DNA of 64,000 nucleotides from Planctomicrobium piriforme (GCA_945861585.1 CAMAVC010000007.1:515-64514), one strand, 5' to 3'. Counted from the first letter of the stretch, positions 8,721-20,669 are shown. Notes: a model not told the origin generated them from the sequence alone. Program-made: numbers and translations.

Positions 8721-9863
8721 TCACGCCAGCTCATCCAGCCAGGCGCGGATTTCGTTTTCGTATTCGCTCGCCAGGCCGCCCACGATCAGTTGGCGGTGGA
8801 AGCTCGCCGCGCCCCCCTTGAGGAGGTCGGCGTCTTCGGCGCTCGGGAAGCGCTTGGCCGGATCGGCGGCGATCATGCCCCGGCAGAAGTTCATCAGGAG
8901 CTCGTTGCAGGTGACGTCGGCCGGCAGGAGTTGGGGGAGGCGCTGGCCGAGCGACCGCTTGGCTTCGAGGAGGTCGCGGTAGGACTGGAGGCCGCTGAAC
9001 GGGGGCTGGCCCGAGAGCATCTCGATGAGCACGTAGCCGAGGCTCGCGAGGTCGGAGCGGGGGGAATTCTCCTTGCCTTCGAGCACCTCGGGGGCCGCGT
9101 ACGACGGCGTGCAGGTGCGGTTGGCCGGCATGTCGTCGAGCGCGAGTGCGGAGCCGATGTCGATGATCTTCGCGTTGCCCGTGCGCTTCACCATGATGTT
9201 CGAGGTCTTGATGTCGCCGTGGACGATGCCGTCGCGGTGGAGGGCGGCGAGGGCCGCGAGGCATTCCCGCACGATCGCGATCGCCACGCCCGGCTTGAGC
9301 CGCGACTGCTGCGGGCCCGCCGTCACGATCACGTTGTTGAGGTATTTCCAGCGGTCGTCGCTCACGCTCTGACGGGTGCGGTCGAGGAGTTCCGGAGCCA
9401 GCAGCCGCGAGAGGTCGTAGCCGTCGATCCACTCCATCTCCATGATTCGGATGCGCCGCTGCTCGACGAAGTTTTGCACGTCGAGAAGGTTGTCGTGCTG
9501 GATCTGGGCCACGCGCGACGAAACCTGGGCGATCCGCTCCATCGCCTCGTCGTAGAGGGCTTCGGTTTCGTAGCGTTCCGGAGAGAAGATTTTGAGGGCC
9601 ACGGGGAGCGTGAAGCCGTCGGAGCCGCGCCGGGTGGTGAGGAACACGATCCCCTGCCCGCCCGCCCCCAAACGCCGGCCAAGGTTGTGGTATTCGGTCC
9701 AGTTGAGCCTGCCGCCCGCCACGATATCACCGTAGCGGGCGAGCAGTTCCTCGGGGCAGCGGCTGCCCACTTCGCCCGACACGGAGATCGTGGGCCGACC
9801 CTCCTGATAGAGCGTGGTCGACATCGAGTGGCCGCGGTCGTCGTCGTGGTCGGAGGCGTTCAC
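8721..9863 (-). CDS. Hanks-type Ser/Thr protein kinase, kinase domain only
   Basis: LGAGGQGIVF, VALKIF, HGDIKTSN, DIG, APE; GTG start overlaps the upstream stop (GTGA). Confidence 0.93.
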   Translation of the reverse strand: MNASDHDDDRGHSMSTTLYQEGRPTISVSGEVGSRCPEELLARYGDIVAGGRLNWTEYHNLGRRLGAGGQGIVFLTTRRGSDGFTLPVALKIFSPERYETEALYDEAMERIAQVSSRVAQIQHDNLLDVQNFVEQRRIRIMEMEWIDGYDLSRLLAPELLDRTRQSVSDDRWKYLNNVIVTAGPQQSRLKPGVAIAIVRECLAALAALHRDGIVHGDIKTSNIMVKRTGNAKIIDIGSALALDDMPANRTCTPSYAAPEVLEGKENSPRSDLASLGYVLIEMLSGQPPFSGLQSYRDLLEAKRSLGQRLPQLLPADVTCNELLMNFCRGMIAADPAKRFPSAEDADLLKGGAASFHRQLIVGGLASEYENEIRAWLDELA

Positions 9864-10855
9864 GGGTGCTCGTCGGAGGGGCCGGTGGGCGGCTCGGGAA
9901 AACCAAGCCGCTTGTCGACGAGGTTTTCCAGCGACCTCCCCGACAGGTATCGAGAAAGATTATCGCAGAAAAAATCGGTCATTGCATCGATCCGGTTCGC
10001 GGCCTGGCCGCCGACGTGCGGCGTGATCACGAGCCGTGGGGCTGCCCAGAGCCGGCTCGACGGTGCGGGCGGTTCCTCCGGAGTGACGTCGATTCCCGCC
10101 GAATCGAGGTGGCCGCTCTCGAGCGCGTCGACGAGCGCGTCTTCGACGACGAGCGGGCCGCGGGCCAGATTCACGAGAATCGCACCCGGCTTCAGGCGGG
10201 CGATCGCGGCCGCGTCGATCATGCCGCGAGTGCGGTCGGTGAGTGGTGCGCAGAGGATCAGGATGTCGGCCTCGGGGAGGAGGTCGTCGAGCGTCTCGGG
10301 CCCGCCGAGGAACTCCACAGCCGCGGGCTTTCTCACAGGAAACCAGTCGGTGGCCAGGATCCGCACCCGGAAGGGAGCGAGCACTTCGACGAGCCGGCGG
10401 CCGTTGCCACCGAGGCCCACGATCACGACCGTGGCCCGGGTGAGATCGCGGGTGGGCCGGCGGACGAATTCGCGCCGGGCCTGCTGCTCGAGAAAGAGGG
10501 GGATTCGCCGCGTGCACGCGGTGACGAGGGCCAGCGTGTGTTCGGCGACCTGATCGGCGAGCACGCCCGACGCGCTCGTGACCGTGATCGACGAGTCGAC
10601 GACGCTCGGCACGAGACAGTGATCGAGGCCGGCAGCCGACGACTGGATCCAGCGCAGCCGGCCGGCCGCCACGACCTCCGGCCAAGGCACCGGCACTTTC
10701 GGGTGGCCGCAGAAGATGTCGGCCCCGGGAAGCTCCGCCGCGACCCGCTCCTGGCCGGCATCCACGATCGTGGCCGTCGGCGCGGAGGCCTGGATTTGGG
10801 CGACGTGCCGCGGCTCGACGGGGTAGCAGAGAACGATGCGGGGGCTGGAAGTCAT
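9860..10855 (-). CDS. D-2-hydroxyacid dehydrogenase family protein
   Basis: VAEH, GLGGNG, NLARG, DVTPEEP, TPHVGG. Confidence 0.92.
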   Translation of the reverse strand: MTSSPRIVLCYPVEPRHVAQIQASAPTATIVDAGQERVAAELPGADIFCGHPKVPVPWPEVVAAGRLRWIQSSAAGLDHCLVPSVVDSSITVTSASGVLADQVAEHTLALVTACTRRIPLFLEQQARREFVRRPTRDLTRATVVIVGLGGNGRRLVEVLAPFRVRILATDWFPVRKPAAVEFLGGPETLDDLLPEADILILCAPLTDRTRGMIDAAAIARLKPGAILVNLARGPLVVEDALVDALESGHLDSAGIDVTPEEPPAPSSRLWAAPRLVITPHVGGQAANRIDAMTDFFCDNLSRYLSGRSLENLVDKRLGFPEPPTGPSDEHP

Positions 10856-11018
10856 GGACCCGGGTTGTGGCAGGTGGGGGGGCGGTTTGGCAAGCGTCGG
10901 CATCCGATGATCGGGCCGACCGCTGGCGGTTTCAGCCTCGGAGCATAGAATTGAGCGGGCGTGGTCAACGGTCCGAAGGCCGGTGATCGCCTCCTCACCA
11001 TCCCCTGGTGGTGTCTCG

Positions 11019-11948
11019 ATGCGTTCGACGCTTCTCGCCGTAGCAGCCCTTGCCTTCCTCCGCATCGTGGTGGGCCTCCACTTTTTTCTGGAAGGCATGA
11101 GCCATTTGCGGGATCCCGACTGGTCGAGCGCCGGCTTCCGCAGGGCGGCGGTCGGGCCCTTGGCCGAGTTGTATCGCGCCGGACTGCCGCAAACGGGGGA
11201 TTGGTCGGCGACGCTCGGTGCCCGCGATCAGCGATCGGCCGCAGAGGCTGGGGACGCCTGGAAGGCCTCGGTCGTCGCCGGCTGGGGAAAGCTCCTTGCG
11301 GACCGAGGGCGGGTCGTGCCCCTCGATGCGCCGCGGGCCGCCGAGGCGAAGAAACTCCTCGAGACGGCGGGCGGCGAACTCGACGCCTACGTGGCGGGTC
11401 TGGCAGACGACCTCGGAAGTTACCGGCTGGAGATCGCACGGCTCGATGAGATGCTGCGATCGCCCGCCTCCCGGCAGGTGCCGTTTGCCCGCGACCGCGT
11501 GGCCAAAAAGCAAAAGGAACTCGCCGGCCAGGCTGCGGGGTGGATGAAGGACGCCGCGGCGATCGGCGCGAAGCTCGTCGCCGGGTGGGACGAGCAGCTG
11601 TCGGCCGCCGAACGGCTACGGGCTGCCGATGCTGCGGGGCCGGCCGCGCTTTGGAAGGCCGACCGGTTCGTGAGCTGGTCGCTCGTCACGATCGGGGCCT
11701 GTCTCGTGCTCGGCCTGTGTGTGAAATTCAACGCCGTGGGCGGTGCCTGTTTCCTGGGGAGCGTGCTCGCATCGCAGCCGTTCTGGGTGCCTGGGGCCCA
11801 GGCCACATACGACCAGTGGGTCGAGCTCGCCGCGCTCCTCGCGATCGCGGCCCTCCCCGTCGGCGGTTGGAGCGGCCTCGACTACTTTTTGAAATCCTGG
11901 TGCCCGCTGTCGCGCTGCTGCGATGGCGCGCCATCCACGAACTCGTGA
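11019..11948 (+). CDS. DoxX-family membrane protein with large helical insertion
   Basis: FLRIVVGLHFFLEGMSH, IGACLVLGL, WSGLD. Confidence 0.8.
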   Translation: MRSTLLAVAALAFLRIVVGLHFFLEGMSHLRDPDWSSAGFRRAAVGPLAELYRAGLPQTGDWSATLGARDQRSAAEAGDAWKASVVAGWGKLLADRGRVVPLDAPRAAEAKKLLETAGGELDAYVAGLADDLGSYRLEIARLDEMLRSPASRQVPFARDRVAKKQKELAGQAAGWMKDAAAIGAKLVAGWDEQLSAAERLRAADAAGPAALWKADRFVSWSLVTIGACLVLGLCVKFNAVGGACFLGSVLASQPFWVPGAQATYDQWVELAALLAIAALPVGGWSGLDYFLKSWCPLSRCCDGAPSTNS

Positions 11949-11980
11949 ATCCAGCCTGACGAACGGCACGGAGTGCAGCG

Positions 11981-13663
11981 ATGAATCTCAGCGAAGCGCA
12001 GAAGTGGGTCGGCAAGGAGAATTTCGCCGATGCGATCGCCGTCACGCGGCGTGATTTCCTCACCGGCACCGTCGCGGCCGGCATCGCCACCGGTGCGGGG
12101 CTCGGCTCGATCTATTTCGGCTACGGCAAGAGCGTGGGCAGCCCGCTCCGCATCGGCGTGGTCGGCACCGGCGACGAAGGGAGCGTGCTCCTCGGCGCTC
12201 ACAACCCCGACTACCTCAATGTCGTCGCGATCGCCGACATCCGCCCCTACAACATCTATCGGGCGTTCCACGGCGACGCCTCGAGTGCCAGTGCCAACAC
12301 CGCGCGGCCGGGCCTGATGGCGAAGTACAAGTGGGCCACCGAAGACGAGGCCCGCAAGAAGGTGAAGGTCTACGGGGCCTACGAAGAACTGCTCGCCGAC
12401 AAGAACGTCGAGGCGGTGGTCATCGCCCTGCCCCTGCATCTGCACGCCGAGGCCGCGATCAAGGCGATGCGGGCCGGGAAGCACGTGCTCACCGAAAAGC
12501 TCATGGGGCACAGCATCCACGAGTGCAAGGAGATGGGCCGCGTCGCCCGCGAGACGGGGAAGATTCTCGCCACCGGTCATCAGCGGCACTACAGCATCCT
12601 CTATGACAATGCCGTGCACACCATCGGCACGGCCAAGCTTCTCGGCGACCTCCATTCGATCCGGGCCCAGTGGCATCGTGGCAATCTGCCGGGCAACGAT
12701 TCCTGGAAGCCGCCGATGCCCGACGACGAGTCGTTCGCCAAGAAGCTCGCCGGCTGGAAGAAGGATCTGGCCACCGCCAAGCCTTCCGACATCGACGCCC
12801 TCACGAAGCGGATCGCCCAGATCGAGGCTCAGATCGAAGACAAAGTGGTGGATGCGGCGAAGTACGGCTACACGTCGATGACGCTCGCCGACGGCTCCAC
12901 GCGGACGCCCCTGCAAGAATTGATCCGCTGGCGGCTCTGGAACCGCACGGGCGGCGGCCTGATGGCCGAGCTCGGCAGCCATCAGCTCGACGCGGCCGGG
13001 ATCTTCGTGTCGGCGATGCACGGCCCCGGCAAGAAGGTGAAGCCGCTCACGGTGACGGCCGTCGGCAACCGGAGCATCTTCCCGGCCGACCGCGAGATCG
13101 ACGACCACGTGTACTGCATGTATGAGTACCCCGCCCCGGGCTACGACGAAGACAAAAACAAGAAGATCGTGGTCACCTACTCCTCGATCAACGGCAACGG
13201 CTTCGGCGACTACGGCGAGGTCGTGATGGGCACGAAGGGCACGCTCGTGCTCGAGCGCGAGCAGGAAGTGATGCTCTACAAGGGCGGCGCGAAGGACACC
13301 CGCGTGACCGTGGCCAAGGCGAAGGATGGCACTCCCACGCTCGATACCACCGAAAGCGGCGGTGGTGGCGGGGCGGTGGCCGGCAAGCCGGGCAGCGACG
13401 GGGCCCCACCCTCCCGCGGCTACACTGAGGAGATGGAGCACTGGGCCTGGTGCATCCGCAACCCTTCGCCTGAGAATCAGCCGCGGTGCAAGCCGGAAGT
13501 GGCGATCGCCGACGCCGTGATCGCGCTCGTGAGCAACGTGGCCCTGGCAAACCCCGACACGCAGCCCCGGATCACGTTCAAGCCCGAGTGGTTCGACATC
13601 GCGAGCGACGACACGCCCGAAGGCGTGAAGCCCGACGTCGCCCGCGACCGCTATAAAATTTGA
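11981..13663 (+). CDS. Gfo/Idh/MocA family oxidoreductase with twin-Arg motif
   Basis: TRRDFL, IGVVGTG, GKHVLTEK, ELGSHQLD. Confidence 0.9.
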   Translation: MNLSEAQKWVGKENFADAIAVTRRDFLTGTVAAGIATGAGLGSIYFGYGKSVGSPLRIGVVGTGDEGSVLLGAHNPDYLNVVAIADIRPYNIYRAFHGDASSASANTARPGLMAKYKWATEDEARKKVKVYGAYEELLADKNVEAVVIALPLHLHAEAAIKAMRAGKHVLTEKLMGHSIHECKEMGRVARETGKILATGHQRHYSILYDNAVHTIGTAKLLGDLHSIRAQWHRGNLPGNDSWKPPMPDDESFAKKLAGWKKDLATAKPSDIDALTKRIAQIEAQIEDKVVDAAKYGYTSMTLADGSTRTPLQELIRWRLWNRTGGGLMAELGSHQLDAAGIFVSAMHGPGKKVKPLTVTAVGNRSIFPADREIDDHVYCMYEYPAPGYDEDKNKKIVVTYSSINGNGFGDYGEVVMGTKGTLVLEREQEVMLYKGGAKDTRVTVAKAKDGTPTLDTTESGGGGGAVAGKPGSDGAPPSRGYTEEMEHWAWCIRNPSPENQPRCKPEVAIADAVIALVSNVALANPDTQPRITFKPEWFDIASDDTPEGVKPDVARDRYKI

Positions 13664-13664
13664 C

Positions 13665-13692
13665 TAGACAGTTTTCGCGGACCGACCATACT
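13665..13692 (+). promoter_or_regulatory. Putative sigma70-like promoter of the efflux operon
   Basis: TAGACA-16 nt-CATACT upstream of a hairpin-rich leader. Confidence 0.35.
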
Positions 13693-13804
13693 AAGGGAAG
13701 GGCCGCAAGGCCTCCCACCCACCCCGCCGGCGATTCTGGACGTCGGCGACCAATTCCACCGGACCTACCGCTGGCGGCGGCAGGCCTCGTTGAGGAGTTC
13801 GTCG

Positions 13805-15196
13805 ATGCATCAACGTTCCAGGGTTTCGCGACCTCGTGTGTCGTGGGCGAATGTCGCCGCGTCGGCTGCGAGTTGGGCGCTGTCCATCTTTACGACGGCG
13901 TGTCTGGTGGCCGTGGGCTGGTTTGGCCACGCGACACACTGGTCATTCGGCTTGGGAGGGCACTCGGGCGGGCATCACGACCCAGCCGCAGGCCATGGCG
14001 CGCCGCCTGATGCGGAGGCGGCGGGTTCCGCGGCTACCACGGCGGACGGCACGGTCCAGTTTCGCTCCCAGGAGGCGCTCGATCGCACCGGCATCGAGGT
14101 GCAGTCGGTCGAGCAGCGGCCGATGGTGAGCGAGCTCGTCGTCAACGGTGTGGTCGCGTACGACGAGCGGCGGATCGCACAGCTTTCGACGAGGGTGCCG
14201 GGCAGCATCTGGCGGGTGGAGAAGCGGCTCGGCGACCACGTCCATCGAGGCGATGTGTTGCTCGTGATCGACAGCCAGGACGTCGGGCAGCTGAAGGCCG
14301 AGTTTCTCAATGCCCTCGTCGTGCACGAGTCCCGGCGCGAGCAGCTCACCATTCTGGAAGAGGTCAAGAGTGCGGTGATGGGGCGGCAATTGCGCGAGGC
14401 GCGGGCCGCGCTCCGCGAAGCCCGCAACCATCTCGTCAACTCCGAGCAGTCGCTCGTGAATCTTGGCTTCGACATCTCGATCGCCGACTTCGAACAGCTC
14501 GACGACGATGCCCGGGCGGCGAAGATTCGGACGCTCGGGCTGCCGCCCACGTTCACCGCCGCCCTGCCGGGGGATCGCCTGACGTCGAATCTGCTCCCGC
14601 TGTACTCCCCCTTCGACGGGATCGTCGTGGGGCGCGAGGCGGTGATCGGCGAGGTGATCGAGGCCGCCAAGCCGATCTTCGAGGTCGCCGACGTGTCCAC
14701 GATGCTCCTCGTGCTGAACGTCAGCAAGGAGGACGCCGGGAAGGTGGCCATCGGGCAGCGGGTGAAGTTCCGCCCGGACGGCTCGAGCGAGGAATACGCG
14801 AGCACGATCACCTGGATCAGTACGGAGGTGAATGAAGAGACCCGCACGCTGCAGGTCCGGGCCGAGGTTCAGAACGACGCCGAGCCGCTCGCGGCCACCC
14901 GCGGGCTCCGTGCCAATACGTACGGTGCCGGCCGGATCGAGGTCGACCGTCGCGGCACGGCCGTGGTGGTGCCGCGGCAGAGCGTGCAGTGGGACGGCAG
15001 CCGGTGGGTGGTGTTCGTGCCGAGCGGCGAGGCCGCGTTCATGGCCCGGCCCGTACAGCCCGGTGTGCAGGAGGGCGACTTCGTGGAGATCATCGACGCC
15101 GCCGATGGCCAGCCGCTCACGCACGTCGTCGCCGCGGGAAGCCACGTGCTGAAGAGCCAGATCCTGCTCGAGCGCATGGAGCGCGGCGAGCTGTGA
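13805..15196 (+). CDS. RND efflux membrane-fusion protein (CzcB/CusB-like)
   Basis: N-terminal TM and His patch, SPFDG lipoyl-like motif, TRTLQVRA; adjacent to HME-RND permease. Confidence 0.9.
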   Translation: MHQRSRVSRPRVSWANVAASAASWALSIFTTACLVAVGWFGHATHWSFGLGGHSGGHHDPAAGHGAPPDAEAAGSAATTADGTVQFRSQEALDRTGIEVQSVEQRPMVSELVVNGVVAYDERRIAQLSTRVPGSIWRVEKRLGDHVHRGDVLLVIDSQDVGQLKAEFLNALVVHESRREQLTILEEVKSAVMGRQLREARAALREARNHLVNSEQSLVNLGFDISIADFEQLDDDARAAKIRTLGLPPTFTAALPGDRLTSNLLPLYSPFDGIVVGREAVIGEVIEAAKPIFEVADVSTMLLVLNVSKEDAGKVAIGQRVKFRPDGSSEEYASTITWISTEVNEETRTLQVRAEVQNDAEPLAATRGLRANTYGAGRIEVDRRGTAVVVPRQSVQWDGSRWVVFVPSGEAAFMARPVQPGVQEGDFVEIIDAADGQPLTHVVAAGSHVLKSQILLERMERGEL

Positions 15197-15210
15197 TCGC
15201 CACCCCGCCC

Positions 15211-15232
15211 GTAGGACAGGCTTCAGCCTGTC
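15211..15232 (+). repeat. GTAG-type REP
   Basis: GTAG-GACAGGCT-TC-AGCCTGTC; identical at 15331 and 58378 (-). Confidence 0.92.
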
Positions 15233-15239
15233 ATGCTGT

Positions 15240-15322
15240 CTTCACGGGAAGGCTCGGCATCGTGCCGACCTTCCCTTGGCCGACCTCCGTCGACTGGTGC
15301 CTACCCGGCCCTCCGGGCCTGG
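15240..15322 (-). repeat. ~85-nt three-hairpin repeat (family 2), copy 2
   Basis: Homolog of 8301-8383 in the opposite orientation. Confidence 0.85.
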
Positions 15323-15330
15323 CCCGTCAA

Positions 15331-15352
15331 GTAGGACAGGCTTCAGCCTGTC
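15331..15352 (+). repeat. GTAG-type REP
   Basis: Direct copy 120 bp after the first. Confidence 0.92.
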
Positions 15353-15370
15353 GTGCCTCACTCGCCCAAT

Positions 15371-15516
15371 CCGGCTCGGGACTGCCCATGCCCCATCGCC
15401 GGACGTTCGCTTCAGCCATCCTGGCTTTCGCTCACTCGGATTTGCCTGCGCTGCGCCATCCATGGCTTCGCTGGTCAAATACGCCGGCTCACGGGGCACG
15501 GGCAGCCCCTCACCTC
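15371..15516 (+). repeat. ~150-nt structured repeat copy B
   Basis: Shared core TCGCCGGACGTTCGC...TCACTCGGATTTGCCTGCGCTGCGCCATCCATGGC...TACGCCGG. Confidence 0.92.
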
Positions 15517-15558
15517 CCTGTACATCCTCGCCTCCCCGTTTGAGGTGGGACATCGCTC

Positions 15559-18651
<3,093 letters not shown>

Positions 18652-18695
18652 CGCGCCCAAGCCGGTGCACGCACGTTGACGCTTTGACGTGAGAA

Positions 18696-19787
18696 TCACC
18701 CGATATCGAGGATGCGGGGCAGCGGCGTGTCGGTGGGGAGGCCGAGGATCTCGCGGAGGCGGGTGAGGTCGGCATCGTCGAGCGGTACGAAGACGACCGG
18801 ATCCTGGCAGAGTTCGTGATCGACGAGGCGGTAGGTGACCGTGCCGTCGCGGTCGACGGCGGTCGCGCGGCCGTAGCCGTACATCATGTTGTCGACCTTC
18901 TCGAAGAAGTCGCGGAGCGTGATCCGGGCCGGCCGCGGCCGGCGGACGTAAAAGAGCTCGATCACGTCGCGCCAGAAGTGGGGGACGAACTTTTCGCCGA
19001 AGTCGGCGTGGCCGACGCAGTCGCGATTCGTACCGGCGATCAGGTAGGGGAGCGACACGAGGGGGAGCCGCCGTTCACTGCTGCCCCGTTTGAGCGCGGC
19101 GGCGAGATTGAGCGAGAAGTCGGCGCTGTAGCAGTCGTCGAATACGAGGACGAGGTGGCCGAGGTCGACGCCGGGCCTGGCGCCACGGCGGCTGGCCGCG
19201 CCGTCGAGCAGGGCCGCGGCGAGCCGCTCGACTGGGATCGCGTAGCTCTGGATCTGCGTCGGCAGGCCGTGGCCGAGCACGACGATCGTCGTCGGGTTCA
19301 TCGAGGCGGCCGCGCCCGATACGGCAGTGAGAAAGTCGGCCGCGACCGATCTGATCGTCTCGCCGGGTTCGTCCTTCTTGAAGATCGTGGCCGTCGTGCC
19401 GTAGGCCGTGGCAAGTGCCGTGATCTCCTTGGGGTCGAGGCCCCGGTCGGGGTCGAGCAGGCCGATCAGTGGGCGGTCGGCAGTGATGACTGGAACGTCG
19501 GCCGCGGCGGTGCGCTGTTCGTCGATGAACCGGGCGAGTGTCGTGAGCAGGTCGGCCTGCTCGTCGCGGGTTCGCGATGCCAGCTGGTCGGCGTGCTCGC
19601 AGGCCAGGTGGAAGAGCGACGGTTCGAGCTGCCTGTAGTGCTTGGGTGTGATTCCCAGCCTCTCGGCCACGAGGGGTGAGAGTTCGCGTGCGAAGGCGTC
19701 GAGCGACGGGGGAAGCCCCGGCTCTGCAGCGAGCGCAGAAGACACCGCGATGACGGCGAGCAACAGGGGCCGGAGGGCGTGGGGCAT
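18696..19787 (-). CDS. Secreted hypothetical protein, candidate clan-CD (caspase-like) peptidase
   Basis: Signal peptide MPHALRPLLLAVIAVSSALA; IVVLGHG and LVFDDCYS. Confidence 0.6.
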   Translation of the reverse strand: MPHALRPLLLAVIAVSSALAAEPGLPPSLDAFARELSPLVAERLGITPKHYRQLEPSLFHLACEHADQLASRTRDEQADLLTTLARFIDEQRTAAADVPVITADRPLIGLLDPDRGLDPKEITALATAYGTTATIFKKDEPGETIRSVAADFLTAVSGAAASMNPTTIVVLGHGLPTQIQSYAIPVERLAAALLDGAASRRGARPGVDLGHLVLVFDDCYSADFSLNLAAALKRGSSERRLPLVSLPYLIAGTNRDCVGHADFGEKFVPHFWRDVIELFYVRRPRPARITLRDFFEKVDNMMYGYGRATAVDRDGTVTYRLVDHELCQDPVVFVPLDDADLTRLREILGLPTDTPLPRILDIG

Positions 19788-19826
19788 GTGAGAAGCATAG
19801 GCCGGCGCCCGGGGTGCGCCTCCTGC

Positions 19827-19869
19827 TTGACGGCCGGGCTGCCGATCGTATAGTGTACGCACGTATACA
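19827..19869 (+). promoter_or_regulatory. sigma70-like promoter with overlapping candidate LexA operator
   Basis: TTGACG-16-TATAGT followed by TGTACGCACGTATACA; GGAGG RBS at 19878-19882. Confidence 0.65.
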
Positions 19870-19883
19870 ACCAGTATGGAGGC

Positions 19884-20669
19884 GTGGCCGTGGTGACGGG
19901 TGGGCTGCTCGAAACGATGGTGCAGGCGGGCGATTTCGTCGGTTTTTCGGCCGGCTGGCACCGGGGCGACGTGGTGCCGACCGGCTTCGCGCCGCTCGAT
20001 CGGCTCCTGCCGGCCGGTGGCGTCCGGCGCGGCAGCCTCGTCGAGTGGCTCTCGGGCGGTGAGGCGTCGGGCGCGGCCGCGCTCGCCTGCGCGGTGGCGT
20101 GCCGGCTGGCCGGGGAGGCGGATCGTGCCGGTGACATGCCGTCCACCATCGTCGTTGTCGATCGTACGGGGCGGTTTTATCCACCGGCGGTGCTGGGCTG
20201 GTTTGAGCGGGCGCGGGTTGCCGGGCGGCCTGCCCCCCGGCTCGTCGTGGCGCGGCCGGCCCACGATGCCGACGAGGTGTGGGCGATCGATCAGGCGCTC
20301 CGCTGCCGCGGCGTGGCGGCCGTCGTGGCATGGCCAGCCCGCATCCACTCCACGGCCATGCGGCGGTGGCAGTTGGCGGCGCGAGCGAGCCTTGCGGTGG
20401 GCATGTTCATGCGGCCACTCGCGGCCCAGCGTGAGCCGAGCTGGGCGGAGGCGCGCATCGTCGTGACGGCGCGGCCGGGAGGGAGCCTGGCCGCGCGCCG
20501 TCTGCGGCTCGCGCTTGCAGGCGGGCCGTGGGCGGGCGAGGCGCAGTTGCAGGAACGGTCGGTCGAGATTGGCCTCGATCTGGCATGTGGCGGTGAGGCG
20601 ATTCTCCCGCCCGAGGCAGCCGCACCGCGTGTTCACGAACGGGAGCGGGTCGCATGCCGCGCATCATGA
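19884..20669 (+). CDS. imuA: ImuA (RecA/SulA-like translesion accessory protein)
   Basis: PTGFAPLDRLLPAGGVRRGSLVE, WAIDQALRC, RRWQLAA; cassette position. Confidence 0.88.
   Translation: MAVVTGGLLETMVQAGDFVGFSAGWHRGDVVPTGFAPLDRLLPAGGVRRGSLVEWLSGGEASGAAALACAVACRLAGEADRAGDMPSTIVVVDRTGRFYPPAVLGWFERARVAGRPAPRLVVARPAHDADEVWAIDQALRCRGVAAVVAWPARIHSTAMRRWQLAARASLAVGMFMRPLAAQREPSWAEARIVVTARPGGSLAARRLRLALAGGPWAGEAQLQERSVEIGLDLACGGEAILPPEAAAPRVHERERVACRAS

Noticed and set aside
8113-8734. Short ORFs sharing AHSDLPALRHPWLR (also near 15.4, 25.6 and 44.3 kb)
   Set aside because: Translations of the non-coding repeat; starts, frames and strands are inconsistent between copies
15211-15352. Two identical 22-mers as a mini-CRISPR
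   Set aside because: 98-bp spacer, only two units, GTAG-REP structure, dispersed third copy, no cas genes
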